Source: Octopus vulgaris (Eukaryota). From it: a DNA stretch of 64,000 bases. Of the stretch, positions 11,191 through 25,039 are shown piece by piece. Under the pieces are notes generated by a model. That model worked only from the letters and a program-made list of their open reading frames with translations. It searched no databases and was not told where the DNA came from. Each line of letters starts with the position of its first letter. Position 1 is the stretch's first letter. The position numbers were made by a program, and so were the translations under genes. The DNA is taken from positions 7,254,001-7,318,000 of the forward strand of contig OX597825.1 of assembly GCA_951406725.2 (NCBI GenBank), written 5' to 3'.

Positions 11191-12245
11191 GCATGCAAGT
11201 TTACAAGCATGCATCTGAGTATAGATTTACGTCAGAACATTTGCACACATGCAGAGACATAGACACACACATACACCTACATATTTCTCCACACACACAC
11301 ACACAAACGTAATCATGTAATCATGTATGCAAGTATATCTGTTGATGCATGCATGCATGTGCTTGATAAAAAGGAAGAGGAAAACAAAGGACTGAGAGAG
11401 ATGAAAAATGGGGGGGGCGGCGAGTGGGTAGTGAGGAGAAAGAGGTTGCAAATTGTAAGCGGGGGCGGGGGGAAGGGGTAGGGGAGGGGGAGAGAAAAAT
11501 AAATAAAAACCAATTCATTTTCTGGATTGCTTTCTATTAATTTCGCAACAGCCCCATTTCTCTTTGTGATTTTTCATTTCCCCTTTTTTTTATCTCAACC
11601 TTTTTCTTCCTTTTCTTAAAAGCCTGAAAAACAACTTCCTTTATCATTTTTTCTTTTATTAATATTTTATTTAAGTTTCTGTTTCATCTGACAACCTACA
11701 GAGGGCGATACGATGTTAGCTTTATCTTCATTTTATTTTTTTTTTTTCATATTTTTCTTGTTTTTGTTTGCATATATTTATTTTCTCTCCTTGCAATTTA
11801 TAATTAATATAGAACAGGTAATCATTATTATAGAACAGGTAATCTGATGATTCTTAGAGTTCAAACTTCTTCCTACCTATCTATCACTAAACATCAATAT
11901 GGTGAATTGAATTCATCAACTGTGTCAATTTCGCCTCCTCAATCTTTCCGAAATTGTTAAAAGTATCAGTAATGGAGTTACGATAGATTCCATTGATTAT
12001 AACACCTACCTGAAGAAAACGGTGCTAGGAGAAATCACTTCCATCATTAATCCTGATTTTCACTTTTATCTCTTCAGATAAAGCATCATAGACATAATTT
12101 CAAAAAATCATCTGCCCAGCCACCCGCACCCCACATCACCACCACCGCATCCTTAGAAATCTAATGCTTCATGCTTATATAGAGGATAAAAAAAAAAAAA
12201 AAAGAAAACCATTTAAAAATGGCTTTAAATCATGTGGGGAGAATT

Positions 12246-12988
12246 TGATGATGATGATGATAATGATGATGGTGATGAGGAAACTGATGATGATGGTGAT
12301 GGTGATGGTGGTGGTGACGATGACGATGATGATGAAGATGGTGATGGTGGTGGTGACGATGATGATGATGGTGATGGTGATGGTGATGGTGATGGTGATG
12401 GTGGTGACGTTGAAGATGATGGTGGTGGTGGTGGTGATGGTGATGGTGACGACTATGATGATGAAGATGATGGTGATGGTGGTGTTGATGATGGAGGTGG
12501 TGGTGGTGGTGGTGGTGGTGACGACGATGATGATGATGAAGATGATGGTGATGGTGGTGACAACGATGATGGTAATGGTGATGGTGGTGGTGGTGGTGGT
12601 GTTGGTGGTGACAACGATGATGAGGATGTAGATGATGGTGTTGGTGGTGACAACAATGATGGTGATGAAGATGATATATGTTATTTAGCAGGTCATGTTG
12701 GATCTTGATACCATACTTATTTTGATATCCATGTCTGTAGTGATGTTGATGCCGACGACGACGATAATGATGATGATGATGATGATGATGATAAGAATGA
12801 ACATGAGGAGGAAGAGGAGGAACAAGGTGGGGATACGACCAATTTTATGTTGGCAAATGATAACGATAATGATGATCAAACCATTCTTTACACCAAGCAT
12901 ATGGTAACAGCGATGACGATGATAACGACGATGATGATGATGATGATGATGGTATCACAGCTATCTGTGCAGATATTGTTGCTGCTGC

Positions 12989-13020
<32 letters not shown>

Positions 13021-14020
13021 GTGTTAATGATGCAACCAGTACTGTTGTTCTTACAGTGCTTCTTGCTGGATGCTACTAAAACAATTGGAATGTTCTTCTT
13101 CATCGTTTCATAATAATAATAATAATAACAATAATGATGATGATGATGATAGTAATAATAATAATAATAATAACAGTACTAGAGAAGAAAGCAAAAAAAG
13201 GCAGGGAGAGGACACAAGGTGGACTTGTAGAGGAGAGAGAGAGAGAGAGAGAGAGAGCAGATCTTGTTCTGCTGCAAAGAGTTGGAGAAGGAATTCTTGG
13301 CTCAGAGACAAACTGGCTTTCCTCAATGTTTCTTCTGTTCCTTATACTACTGTCTCTCAAACTGCAGTTGCCGTTGCCACTACCACCACCACCACCACCA
13401 CCACCACCACTACTACCACTACTACTAATACTACAGCCACCACCACCACCACCACCACCACCACCACTACTACCACTACTACTAATACTACTAATACTAC
13501 CACCACCACCACCACCACCACCACCACTACTACCACTACTACCACTACTACTAATACTACAGCCACCACCACCACCACCACCACCATCACCACCACCACT
13601 ACTACTACCACTACTGCCACCACTAGCACCGCCGCTGCCTCTACCACTACTACTACTACCGCCGCCACCACCACCACCACTACTACTACTGCTATCAGTT
13701 GTACTACTGCCACTGCTGCTGCCAACGCCACCACTACCACCACAGCCGCCACTGCTACTAGTACTACTACTACTACTACTACTACTACTACAACTACTGC
13801 TACTACTACTACTACTACAACTACTGCTGCTGCTGCTACTACTACAACTACTGCTGCTGCTGATTTTTGCTACTACTACTACTACTACTACTGCTACTAC
13901 AACTACCACTACTACTTCTACTGCTACTACTACTACTGCTACTACTACTACTGCTGCTGCTGCTACTACTACTACCACCACCACCACCATCACTACTACT
14001 ACAACCATTGCTGTTGCTGA
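12246..14020. repeat. Trinucleotide mosaic: (GAT/GGT)n, (GCT)n, (AAT)n, (CAC/TAC/TGC)n
   Basis: Seen directly; it accounts for the long overlapping ORFs on both strands. Confidence 0.9.
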
Positions 14021-14088
14021 TGGTGCTGCTGGTGCTGTGTACCTATTTCTCAGTGTCTTTCTGAAGACTGAGCAAGAATTGGTCTCGA

Positions 14089-14127
<39 letters not shown>

Positions 14128-14776
14128 ATTTAATACAACAACAACAAAAAAACAACACCCCCCCCCAAAAAAAAAATCAATAAGTGCAGGCTGCCATCAA
14201 AAGCTCATTTAGAACCTAGTAGAAGATTGATAATGTAGTTCTGAGTTATGGGTTAATAAATGACTTTAATGAACGCAAATAAACATGCAATTTTCACCAT
14301 AGAACCAAGAGAAAGTGAATTCTTCTCAATGCTGCAAAAATCTGCAGTTAGTGCAGCCATGAGAGCAGCTTTTATGGTTTATGGCCCATTTTACATGACT
14401 TTGGTGTACACAGATGATTTTTCCAGTCGTTTCTGTTGTTGTTTTTTCTTCGCTTCTTTTTGTCTTTTAGTAGATTGTTCTTTCCTTTTTTGTCTTTCGT
14501 TGAATCTTTTTCATTCATCCAATCAATTATTTTCTTCTTTTCAACTCCGTTCCCTCACCTCCACACGACCACCATCTTGCCTTTAAGAATCGAACACCAT
14601 CTCATTTATGAATGCATTATTATTCTCTCTGTTTTTATTTTGTTTTTTTTTTTTGTTTTCAGTGATATTAGGACCACCATCATTCTTATCTTCATCATTG
14701 ATATTATAGTTTGTCAAGTTGGACCTTTGCTTGAAAAAAAAACATTATACTTTTCCATGGAAACAGTGAAAAACAC

Positions 14777-14874
<98 letters not shown>

Positions 14875-15028
14875 AGATAAATGTATATATAAATGTGTGT
14901 GTGTGTGTATAAAGATAGACAGACAGACAGATAGATAGTTAGATAGATTGATGGATGGATGGATGGATGGATTGATGGATGGGTGGATAGAAACAGATAA
15001 GCTACTGTGTGTAGAATTTAAATGTACA

Positions 15029-15477
15029 AAGGCGGTGAGCTGGCAGAAACATTAGCACACCGGGTGAAATGCTTAGCGGTATTTCGTCTGCCGCTACGTT
15101 CTAAGTTCAAATTCTACCAAGGTCGACTTTGCCTCTCATCCTTTCAGGATCGATAAATTAAGTACCAGTTGTGTACTGGGGTCGATCTAATCGACTGGCT
15201 TCCGCCCAAAAAATTTTGGGCCTTGCGCCTAAAGTAGAAAAGAATATTTCTTTAATTATAAGGCTGTGAGCTGGCAGAAACGTTAGCACACCAGGTGAAA
15301 TGCTTTGCGGTATTATGTCTGTCTTTACGATCTAAGTTCAAATTCTACTGAGGTTGACTTTGCCTCTCATCCTTTCGGGATTGATAAATTAAGTACCAGT
15401 TGTGTACTGGGGTCGATCTAACCAACTGGCCCCTTCCCCCAAAATTTCAGGCCTTGTGCCCTAGAGTAGAAAAGAAT
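15029..15477 (+). mobile_element. Head-to-tail dimer of SINE family B
   Basis: Two GGC.GTGAGCTGGCAGAAAC...GTAGAAAAGAATATT units. Outer direct repeat ATTTAAATGTACA (15016-15028) / ATTTAAAAGTACA (15478-15490). Confidence 0.9.
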
Positions 15478-16479
15478 ATTTAAAAGTACAGTCCTCACTA
15501 CCTTACTAGTGTATATACAGGTTTTTGTGTATGTTGAGCATAGAATTTTACCGATACCTGTGCATGTTTGTGCATAAATGCATGAGTATTAAAATACATG
15601 CATACACACACACACATACATACATACATATAAACACACACACACATATGTATGTATATATACCACCACCCCACATGCATATACGAGCATTTAAATACGA
15701 TACAGTCACAAAAAGATGTTAACAACCAATATTCCTGTTCACATTAATCATAACTTATTCCATTATGAATAGGCAAATGCAAAAAGACAGAGTTTTTGTA
15801 ATGTTAATCATTATAATTTTATTTTTCCTTCGTTTCCCCAACAGTTCATTTCCTCTTTTAGGAACAAGAAAATAGCAGTGACAGTGAAAATTTCAGCAAC
15901 ATAAAACATCAGATTTTAACGTGGTACCAAAGATTAATGACCCAGTTCCTTAGTCTTGTCATTCTAGATTATTTCTTCTTTTTTCTTTTGGTGGTTTTTG
16001 TCATATTTTCTGTTTCTTTTTTCCCCCACGTTCCTTCTCAGTTCACTTTCTGCACATTTAACTAAAGAGCCTCCCCACCGCCACCACCGCCACCACCACC
16101 ATCACCACCTATCTTCTATCTACATTAACATTTGCAGTACATTAATAAAATATGTTTTAAGTTTGTTGTTGTGCTTGATGTTGTTTCTGCATCTGTACAC
16201 AGGTATACAGATATCAGCAGAATTATTTTCCATCTAACATTTCTTAAATTTCACAAGCAACAGTTGAACTATTGGCTAAACAAAAGCTTACAACCAGGTT
16301 TCAATTCCTAGAAAGAGCACATTTTTTTATTACATAAAATTTCCTGTATCATCAGAACTGAAGTATTTTTGTTAATTTGGGATTTTATAAACAAAACCAA
16401 ATTACTTTTACAGATATATTTCCTCATACATTCTACATACTCCCTCCACAAAAATTATATCAAGAAGTCTTCTTGCAAA

Positions 16480-17215
16480 CGTGACCTGGTCATTACTGTC
16501 AGCACTGGACAAAGCACACCTCTAAAATTGTCAAGAAGGCCGAGGGTGTCTTGGCATCACTCAGCAAGACCTTTGTCAGCCACTCTCCAGCTATCTATTT
16601 AAGGCTGTATATGGCTATGGTGTGGCCACACTTGGAAATTGAATCACCATTCTGGAACCCCTATTTTGCTCTGAAGATTGACCTTGTGGAAACTGTTTAG
16701 AGACATGCAACCAAGTAAATATCTTCCATCAGGCATTTACCACATTTTGAACAACTTGTTTCCCTGGGTATGGATACACTGAAGCTCTGACATCTGGCAA
16801 CTGACTTGGTAAACACCCACAAAATTATTAACCATTGTGCCAACCACCACCTTGAGCACCTTTTTGAACTCCATGTGTCTAACACACGTGGACATTCTTA
16901 CAAAGTCAGAAGAAAAGCACAGTTCCCATGACTTTCAGAAACATTTTTTCACATTCAGAGTTGCTGAAGCAGGGAACAAACTACCTGCATCAGTTGTTAG
17001 CTGCAGAGACATTGCATATTTTAAAACTTTGCTTCCTGAAATTCGCCAACACTACACCTGATATCCCCTACTCCATACACCTGCACACATGTATATCATG
17101 ACTCTTACTCTGTTCACTTTCCTGACTTTTGTACATAATTCTATGCACCGTACATGCACCTTTGATGAGTTGTAGTGCACCTGAGCACTAAACACAATAA
17201 TTTCATTATTATTTT
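16480..17215 (+). mobile_element. CR1/L2-group LINE, decayed 3' end of ORF2 plus 3' UTR
   Basis: Translation WTKHTSKIVKKAEGVLASLSKTF...LYMAMVWPHLEIESPFWNPYFALKIDLVETV*RHATK...TRGHSYKV...FFTFRVAEAGNKLPASVV matches the CR1 motifs LY.ALVRPHLEY...W.P, LE.VQRRATK, TRGH and FFS.RV...WN.LP..VV. Contains stops and frameshifts. Confidence 0.9.
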
Positions 17216-17439
17216 TATAAGTTATCCTTATAAAACCAGGATAGGTTGCTATCTCATCGTTCTATAGTTTTATGTTGTAGTACTGTGTTGAAAGTACGAA
17301 TTTCATAAGATTTAACTTGACTACATATTCCTGTAAGGTATATTTTCCATATATAAAACATGGCTTACCTGTCTTAATTGATAGATGAGAATCCTGCTAT
17401 TTCTTGCTGGACAACCTGCTCAGATGTTTTATTTGTGGC

Positions 17440-17755
17440 ATTGGTTTCCAACCATTTTCTACCTATGGACCTTCTTCATTATTATTTTATTCTGGTGAAA
17501 TTCCCATAGCCATTCGATGTTTTAAAACTAGTTTTATAGATGCTGCTTTTTAAATTCTTATTTTGTTTCCACACATTGACTTGTGTGGTTCCAACTTTGT
17601 AAAACCTTGGAGAAAGAAACCCAGCTGCTTCTTGCAATAAATATTTCTAAAGCAAAACTTTTTCATGTGCATATCGAATTTACTATTTCAATTGCATTGG
17701 GCCCCACCAAAATCTTACATGGACTCTCAGGGGTCATGTGGACCACAGTTATTTT
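17440..17755 (-). mobile_element. hAT-like MITE, diverged (family of 30688-31027)
   Basis: TGGTTTCCAACC...CTATGGACC...TTATTTTATTCTGGTG...CCCATAGCCATT is the reverse complement of the right end of the 30.7-31.0 kb copy. Confidence 0.6.
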
Positions 17756-18164
17756 TACTTACTTACTTAAAGTAATTGTGAGTTGAAAGCTCAGGAATCC
17801 AAAGAGAAGTTTTGGAAAACAGAATAGAATAGATATTACATTGTGTTGCTCATTCCAAAACTCAGCTCTTTTTACATTTTGTTGAGAGATTTTATAAGAA
17901 GTCCAAACCCATGACCTCATGATGTTAAAGGTTGAGGATGATGATGCAGTAAGACTGAAACCAGCACCATGTGGTCACCTTAATAATAATAATAATAATA
18001 AAAATAGTAATAATATTTAACCTCACATTATATTGTCTCGTACCATCCACAATGTGTTTTTGAGAATCCATTGTGGTAAATAAGTACCAGTTATGCACTA
18101 GGGTCGATGTAATTGATTTAATCTATTCCTCCCAAATTTGAGGCCTTGTACTTCCAGTAGAAAG

Positions 18165-18165
18165 G

Positions 18166-18221
<56 letters not shown>

Positions 18222-18387
18222 TATTATTATCATCATCATCATTAATATTATTATTATTATTATTATCATCATTATTATTATAATTATTATTATTATTATT
18301 TTTATCATTCCTTTATAACACAGTGTAGGTAAAAATGCACCGGAGTCTTTAATCATTTGTCAAGTCACAACAAGGACCTCAGACAGA

Positions 18388-18443
<56 letters not shown>

Positions 18444-18706
18444 ATTATTATTATTATTGTTATTATTATTGTTATTATTATTAGTCTTTTTATTATTACT
18501 CTTATTACTATTACTATTATTCTTATTACTATTATTGTTATTATTATTACTATTGCTATTATTATTACTATTATTACAATCATTATTATTATTCTTACTA
18601 TTATTATTATTATTATTACTATTTTTATTATTATTATTATTATTACTATTATTATTATTATTATTACTATTATTATTATTATTATCATTATTTATTATTA
18701 TTATTT
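18165..18706. repeat. (ATT)n microsatellite blocks
   Basis: Seen directly. Confidence 0.95.
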
Positions 18707-19209
18707 TACTTCCATAAAACATTTTTGCACCCGAACTGATCACCCTGTAACCTATGCTGGAAAAACAGAATTGCAGCAGGGGTTGATGGCAGAAGCTAAT
18801 TGAGCCCATGAAGGAAGGGACATAAGATTTCTCCAGTCCCCCCCACACAGCTGCTAATTAAAGCAAAATGGTGGTGGAGGGTGGGGAGTACCAAATTATC
18901 CTTGCACCATCAATCAGGTCCTGTAACCCATTGCTTGAAGTAAAAACGAAATCTGCTGATCAACGTATTTCATGCAATAATTATCTGTAGTTGCTGTTAT
19001 TGGAATATACGTAATATTAACAAATTTATTGGCCCTTCAGCTACATTAACTAGCAGCAATTAAAATGATATCTCTTCTCCATAAACAAGTATTGATTCAG
19101 TTAGATAAATAAACATGTATCTGCTTATAATGTTCAGCAGTCTATGTCAGACTCGCATGTATATTAGAAGCAATATCATAAAATGTTAGTGTTCATGCAT
19201 ATATATATA

Positions 19210-19501
<292 letters not shown>

Positions 19502-21627
19502 TGAGTAGGCTTGCAAGCATAGAAACCTCTGTATATATGCGCATCCACACACAGTGCTCCTTACACACACCGACGCACACAGACTTCCCTCTCCATGCAC
19601 ACCCACTCATACAATACTAACAAGCGTAAAAAAAAAAAAGAAAAAAAAGTGCATTAAAACAAATAAAAATGATTTGCATGTTGAAAATGAAGTAGGAAAT
19701 TTACTTTGAAATTTTAGACCTCATTAATATATTTTCTACACTGTTAAATGTCTTTTTCTCCCACTGCTTGCAAGCTTGTCTCACTGGGAACTTTTCTCAT
19801 CTTTACTCCTTTTTGTTGTTGCAAAATTTCTGTGTTGTTGATATTTTAAAAACTACTTTTTTTTTTTTATCTTCACTCATTTAATTTATTTGGTAGGTGA
19901 TGCCAGTATGCATAATGTATAGTGTTTGAGTATGTATGTACATGCATGTATTTATATATATATATATATGTGTCTGTGTGTATGTGTTTGCATTTAGCGT
20001 CTATGAATTGATTATGTGGGTGGCAAGCAAAATTTGCCCGTCTATTTAAGTAAAAAAAAATATTGAAGTAAAATATAAAGAAAAATGTAATTTAGATATA
20101 AAGAGTGAAGAAGCAAAAGAAATAAGTAGAAATAGGATAAGTGACAACAGTTGGAGAGAAACAAATTAATGATTTTTAACACCTGCTGGTATTAACAAAA
20201 AAATTGTAATTAAAAAACATATATTCATAACTAAAACAGCAGCACGAACCAGTTATAAACGTGCATGTACCTCTTTATTAAATGCATCTATTTATGCATG
20301 TTTGTCTTTATATTCAGGTCAGTGATGAGAGGCTCGGTGTTTTATGAAGTGTGTAGGAATGTGTTAAAAGGGAATGTGTGTGTGAGGGGTGGGAGATATT
20401 GGTAAGAATGATTAGGAATGGGAAGAGAGAGAGAGAGAGAGAGAGGCATGAATATATATTTGTGTTTGGGTATGCCTATAAACATGTGGCTGCGAACATG
20501 TATGTAGCATGTGTTTAGGGATCTAGTCATGTGTGATGTATGTATGCATATTTATTTACATGCTTGTTCATGCATGGATCTCCGTGATGCAATTATTGTT
20601 TGGATGTTCTTGCATGGGAATGTATTCTCCTAGTTTTAAGTGTGTTCCAATGAATATGGTTTTCATAATCATTTACATGAAACACTCATGCTTTTGGTTT
20701 TTGTCTTACTTAATATACTTTGCCAGAAGTTGCTGTCTTCTGAGCTGAAGATCAAATGAACTCAGCTGCAGTTCCAGTAAGCCATAAATGGCCATAGGAA
20801 GGACGAGTTTTCTTCAAAATAAGTTGACCATTTCATTAACTAAGGAATTAGATAATTCTTTTAGAAATTATGTTTCTTTTGTTGATTGATTGCAATTAAT
20901 AAAGGAATTTAATTTCAGAAATTGTTTCAATAATTGTTCCTGTAAAATTAGAATGGTGAAAAATTACAAGATGATAAATGGAAATGGTGGCAGAAAAGAA
21001 GAAACTAAGGACCATAGGTGGAAGGAATGTGATCTGGCTTTCTGAGAACCAATGTGTCAGGGTATCAGATAGAATGCTTTTGGGGATTTGTTATGTTTCA
21101 CTGGACCCTTAAGTTGGAATCTTACTGAGTCCAAATTTACTTTTCACTTTTCTTCTTTATTTTTTTGAGTCAATAAATAAAGTTTTTATTCAGGAGCTAA
21201 TTATCCTTCCATAACTCTGTCAATCCTTTCTAAAAGAAGTCCAGTGTGGTCAAACTAGCAGACAGATAGACCCCACCAAGTCTACAATACTTGAGATGGA
21301 GTAACAGGGCACTATTCATGATTTACCCCAATGCTTATAACAGAGAGATATGTGTGTATGTCTGTGTGTGTTTGTGTATGTGTGTGCATGCGACAGAAGT
21401 GTTAAGACTGATCCTTCTGGTGGTATAAAGTACTTCAGGTGGTGCCATCTAAAAGCACCCATGCTGCATCATGTACAAGTGCTTGTGAGACGCCGCAAAA
21501 AAAACCCTGTGCAGTGCCACATAAAAGCCCCCAGCACACTGCTAGTATGAGATATAGTAGGAAGTGCATCCATTATGTAAACCTTTCTCAGTTAAAGCAT
21601 TTCAAAATAAGATATACATATATATAT

Positions 21628-21875
21628 CATCATCATCATCATCTTCGTTTAGCGTCCACTTTCCATGCTAGCATGAGTTGGATGGTTCAACTGGGGTCTG
21701 TGAAGCCAGAAGGCTGCACCAGGCTCAATCTGATCTGGCAGAGTTTCTACGGCTGGATGCCCTTCCTAATGCCAACCACTCCGTGAATGTAGTGGGTGCT
21801 TTTTACGTGCCAGATGAGGCTGGAAAACGGCCATGATCGGATGGTGCTTTTTACATGCCACCGGCACAAGGCCAG
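21628..21875 (-). mobile_element. SINE family C
   Basis: (CAT)n...TTCCATGCTAGCATG...GGCTGGATGCCCTTCCTAATGCCAACCAC...GGTGCTTTTTACGTGCC. Confidence 0.85.
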
Positions 21876-22854
21876 ATATCTTAATATACAAACATATACA
21901 TACACACTATATAGGGTGGAGGTCTCAGTCATTCAATAACAAGGGTTTAGGTGTCATATCAACTGAATTACTTGCATTTGAATTAAAGTAATTGTTACAA
22001 GGCAGAGACAGTATGACACATGTGCCAACACTGTATTTTTGGAATTACAGGTAGAATCTACTTAATGGGCTTCCATACAGTTTTCACCAGTTTCTCTAAG
22101 AGAGTATGGATCAATGCACAGCCATACAAAAATGATATTTGGCAAGCCACCATGTAACAGGATCCAGCAGAGGACTACATGGTCATGTGATAAACTTCTC
22201 CATTTTTTGGTTAAATTGCACATATATGAGAGGGAGTGTGTGTGTGTGTGTGTGTATGTGTGTGTATAAGTGTGTAGGAGTCCTTTTCTATGGCTGGATG
22301 TCCTTCCTTATGCGAATCACTCCAAGAGTGTAATGGGTGCTTTTATGTGCTGCCAGAATGGGTCCCATCTGCCATCACTGTGATTTTGCTTGGCTTGATG
22401 GGTCTTTTTCTCTGTGTGTGTGTGTGTAAGTGGGTAGGGGTCCTTGTTAATAGATATGACATGAAGTGATACTCAGTTCAGAAAAAAAAACAGAGCTAGA
22501 CGTGATAAGAACAGTAGAAAAATATTGCGGTGGTTTTCAAAAGTTGTTTACTCCGAGTTTCCAACCTGGCCTTTCACCTTTAACAGTCAATACCATTAAA
22601 ACATTGATAAACATTCGATGAAAGCAAGGTTGATAAATATTCAAACGCCACAATAGATAACACAATCAATTGTTACATGCATTTATTTATCCATTTATCG
22701 ATTTTGATGCAATGGTTTGTTTTTTTTTCTTTTAAGCCTTGGCTTTTATTGGATGTTTAATGGTATCAGCAGTTGAAAGTGTTTTCGAAAGTGGCAACAG
22801 AAACTTAGAGTAAACAAGTGTTGAAAACCCAGTTCTTGCACTGGTGTTCATGCA

Positions 22855-22897
<43 letters not shown>

Positions 22898-22955
22898 GTC
22901 TATATATATAATATATACCTATACATATTTATATATACACATATACATACATGCA

Positions 22956-22997
<42 letters not shown>

Positions 22998-23293
22998 CAT
23001 ACATGCATATACATATATATACATATACATACATACATGCATATATATATATATACACATATACATATATGCATATATATATATGTATTTATATATATAT
23101 ATATAAACATATACATAAATAAATGCATATATATATACACATATACATGCAGGTATTTATATAAATATATATACACACAGAAATAGTGACCTATTTGGCT
23201 GCTATTTCTAATATTTTTGGTATGTGGTTTTGAGCAACTTGTTGCAATTAACCCATTATTATAATTAATTTATATATACACACATATACATAC

Positions 23294-23328
<35 letters not shown>

Positions 23329-23396
23329 TATAGATACATGTATACATATACACGCACACATATATACATACACATGTACACACACCCACATATATC

Positions 23397-23737
23397 ATCA
23401 CCAACATCATTGAAAGTCCGTTGTCCATGCTGGCATGGGTTGGACGGTTTGACAAGAGCTGGTAAGCTGGAAGGCTGCACCTGACTCCAGTCTGATTTAG
23501 TATGGTTTTCTATGGCTTGATGCTTAAATATGTGCCATTGTTCACTTTGAGTTATTCCCCTTTGCTCATTTTCATTTCACTTATGCACACATATATATCA
23601 TCATCATCATCGTTTAACGTCCGCTTTACATGCTAGCATGAGTTGGACGGTTCAACTGGGGTCTGGGAAGCCCGAAGGCTGCACCAGGCCAGTCAGATCT
23701 GGCGGTGTTTCTACAGCTGGATGCCCTTCCTAACGCC
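23397..23737 (-). mobile_element. Two SINE family C 3' fragments
   Basis: CCATGCTGGCATGGGTTGGACGG at 23.43 kb, and (CAT)nCGTTTAACGTCCG...GCCCTTCCTAACGCC at 23.60-23.74 kb. Confidence 0.8.
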
Positions 23738-23779
<42 letters not shown>

Positions 23780-23821
23780 GTAAGAGAAACACAGTCTGTC
23801 AATGGAAGGATGAATAATATA

Positions 23822-24006
23822 TATTTCTTTACTACCCACAGTCGATTATATCAACCCCAGTGCATAACTGGTACTTATTTAATCGACCCCGAAAGGATGA
23901 AAGGCAAAGTCGACCTCGGCAGAATTTGAACTCGGAACGTAACGGCAGACGAAATACGGCAACGCATTTCGCCCGGCGTGCTAACGATTCTGCCAGCTCG
24001 CCGCCT
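23822..24006 (-). mobile_element. SINE family B with internally deleted tail
   Basis: Head GGCGGCGAGCTGGCAGAATCGTTAG; Nin/Deu-type core GCCTTTCATCCTTTCGGGGTCGAT. Confidence 0.9.
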
Positions 24007-24008
24007 TC

Positions 24009-24054
<46 letters not shown>

Positions 24055-24230
24055 AACACAGTATGTCAACAGAAGGATGAATTATATAGGTTTGACAGAC
24101 ATTGAAATTGTACAACTTTGATCAATATTATGCTTCTAAAGCATGAAAGTTAAGCAAAGTGAAAGGTAGCTAGTCCGTAGCTGGAGTGTAATGGCCAGTT
24201 TTTGTGGGTCGATGTAATGAAAAACACCAT

Positions 24231-24461
24231 TTAGCACTTTAGCCTTTAAACTAGCCATATCTGGCCAAAATATTCTGTTTGATTTATGTTCAAACTAACC
24301 AGGTTTGGCTTCTTACATCTGCCCCATAATGTCATTGTTAAAATAAACAATCACATCATTGATTATTTCAAAGCTATGAGATAATATTAGATTAATTTGA
24401 AACAATTTGAATAAATAAGCATTACATTTGAGGGGGAGTTATCTGAATGCTAACGCATTAA
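24231..24461 (+). mobile_element. TTAA-type (piggyBac-like) MITE, diverged
   Basis: Ends CTTTAGC...GAATGCTAACGCATTAA; a second partial copy lies at 6127. Confidence 0.55.
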
Positions 24462-24813
24462 GGCTCTCATTTTCCATACTTTATTGTTATTCATTATGCA
24501 TATGTTAACCTCTCGTAGTTATCTGACTGGCAATTGAATGGAAATAAAACTATTTCATGAAATCAATTACCAACTAACGAGATGAATTATACATTTTAGG
24601 GCTTCAAGATTACCTGTGGATTTAGATCAAGTTAATCAAACAGACTCCATTGTGTAACCCCAGATGTGCCTTAATAAATTAGACCAATGTCACGAAGATG
24701 GTGTAATATATTGAAATGATACTGCGAATATGTCACATCTCTGTCTTGTCCAGGACAATACAGTGGTTACTTCAGTGTGATGTAGTGTGGCAGTTCAGTC
24801 GTATTCTATTTCT

Positions 24814-25039
24814 TATTTTTTTATTGCCCACAAGGGTCTAAACACAGAGAGAACAAACAAGGACAGACAAATGGATTACGTCGATTACATCGACCCCAGT
24901 GCATAACGGGTACTTAATTTATCGACCCTGAAAGGATGAAAGGTAAAGTCGACCTCGGTGGAATTTGAACTCAGAACAGCAGATGAAATACCACTAAGCA
25001 TTTTGCCCCACGTGCTAACGTTTCTGCCAGCTCGCCGCT
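24814..25039 (-). mobile_element. SINE family B, full length with 21-bp TSD
   Basis: GTTCAGTCGTATTCTATTTCT (24793-24813) / GTTCAGACATATTCTATTTCT (25040-25060). Confidence 0.9.

Noticed and set aside
11844-11870. CTGATGA hammerhead-like start; similar partial cores at 27389 and 40892
   Set aside because: There is no correctly placed GAAA, or stems I-III cannot form.
12232-12708. Asp/Gly-rich ORF reminiscent of acidic biomineralisation proteins (Aspein-like)
   Set aside because: It is a (GAT/GGT)n microsatellite open in several frames, with no signal peptide or splice support.
13070-14158. 300+ aa ORFs (poly-Thr mucin-like, poly-Pro, poly-Gly/Ser)
   Set aside because: Stop-free triplet repeats are open in several frames on both strands, and the unique part matches no recognisable domain.
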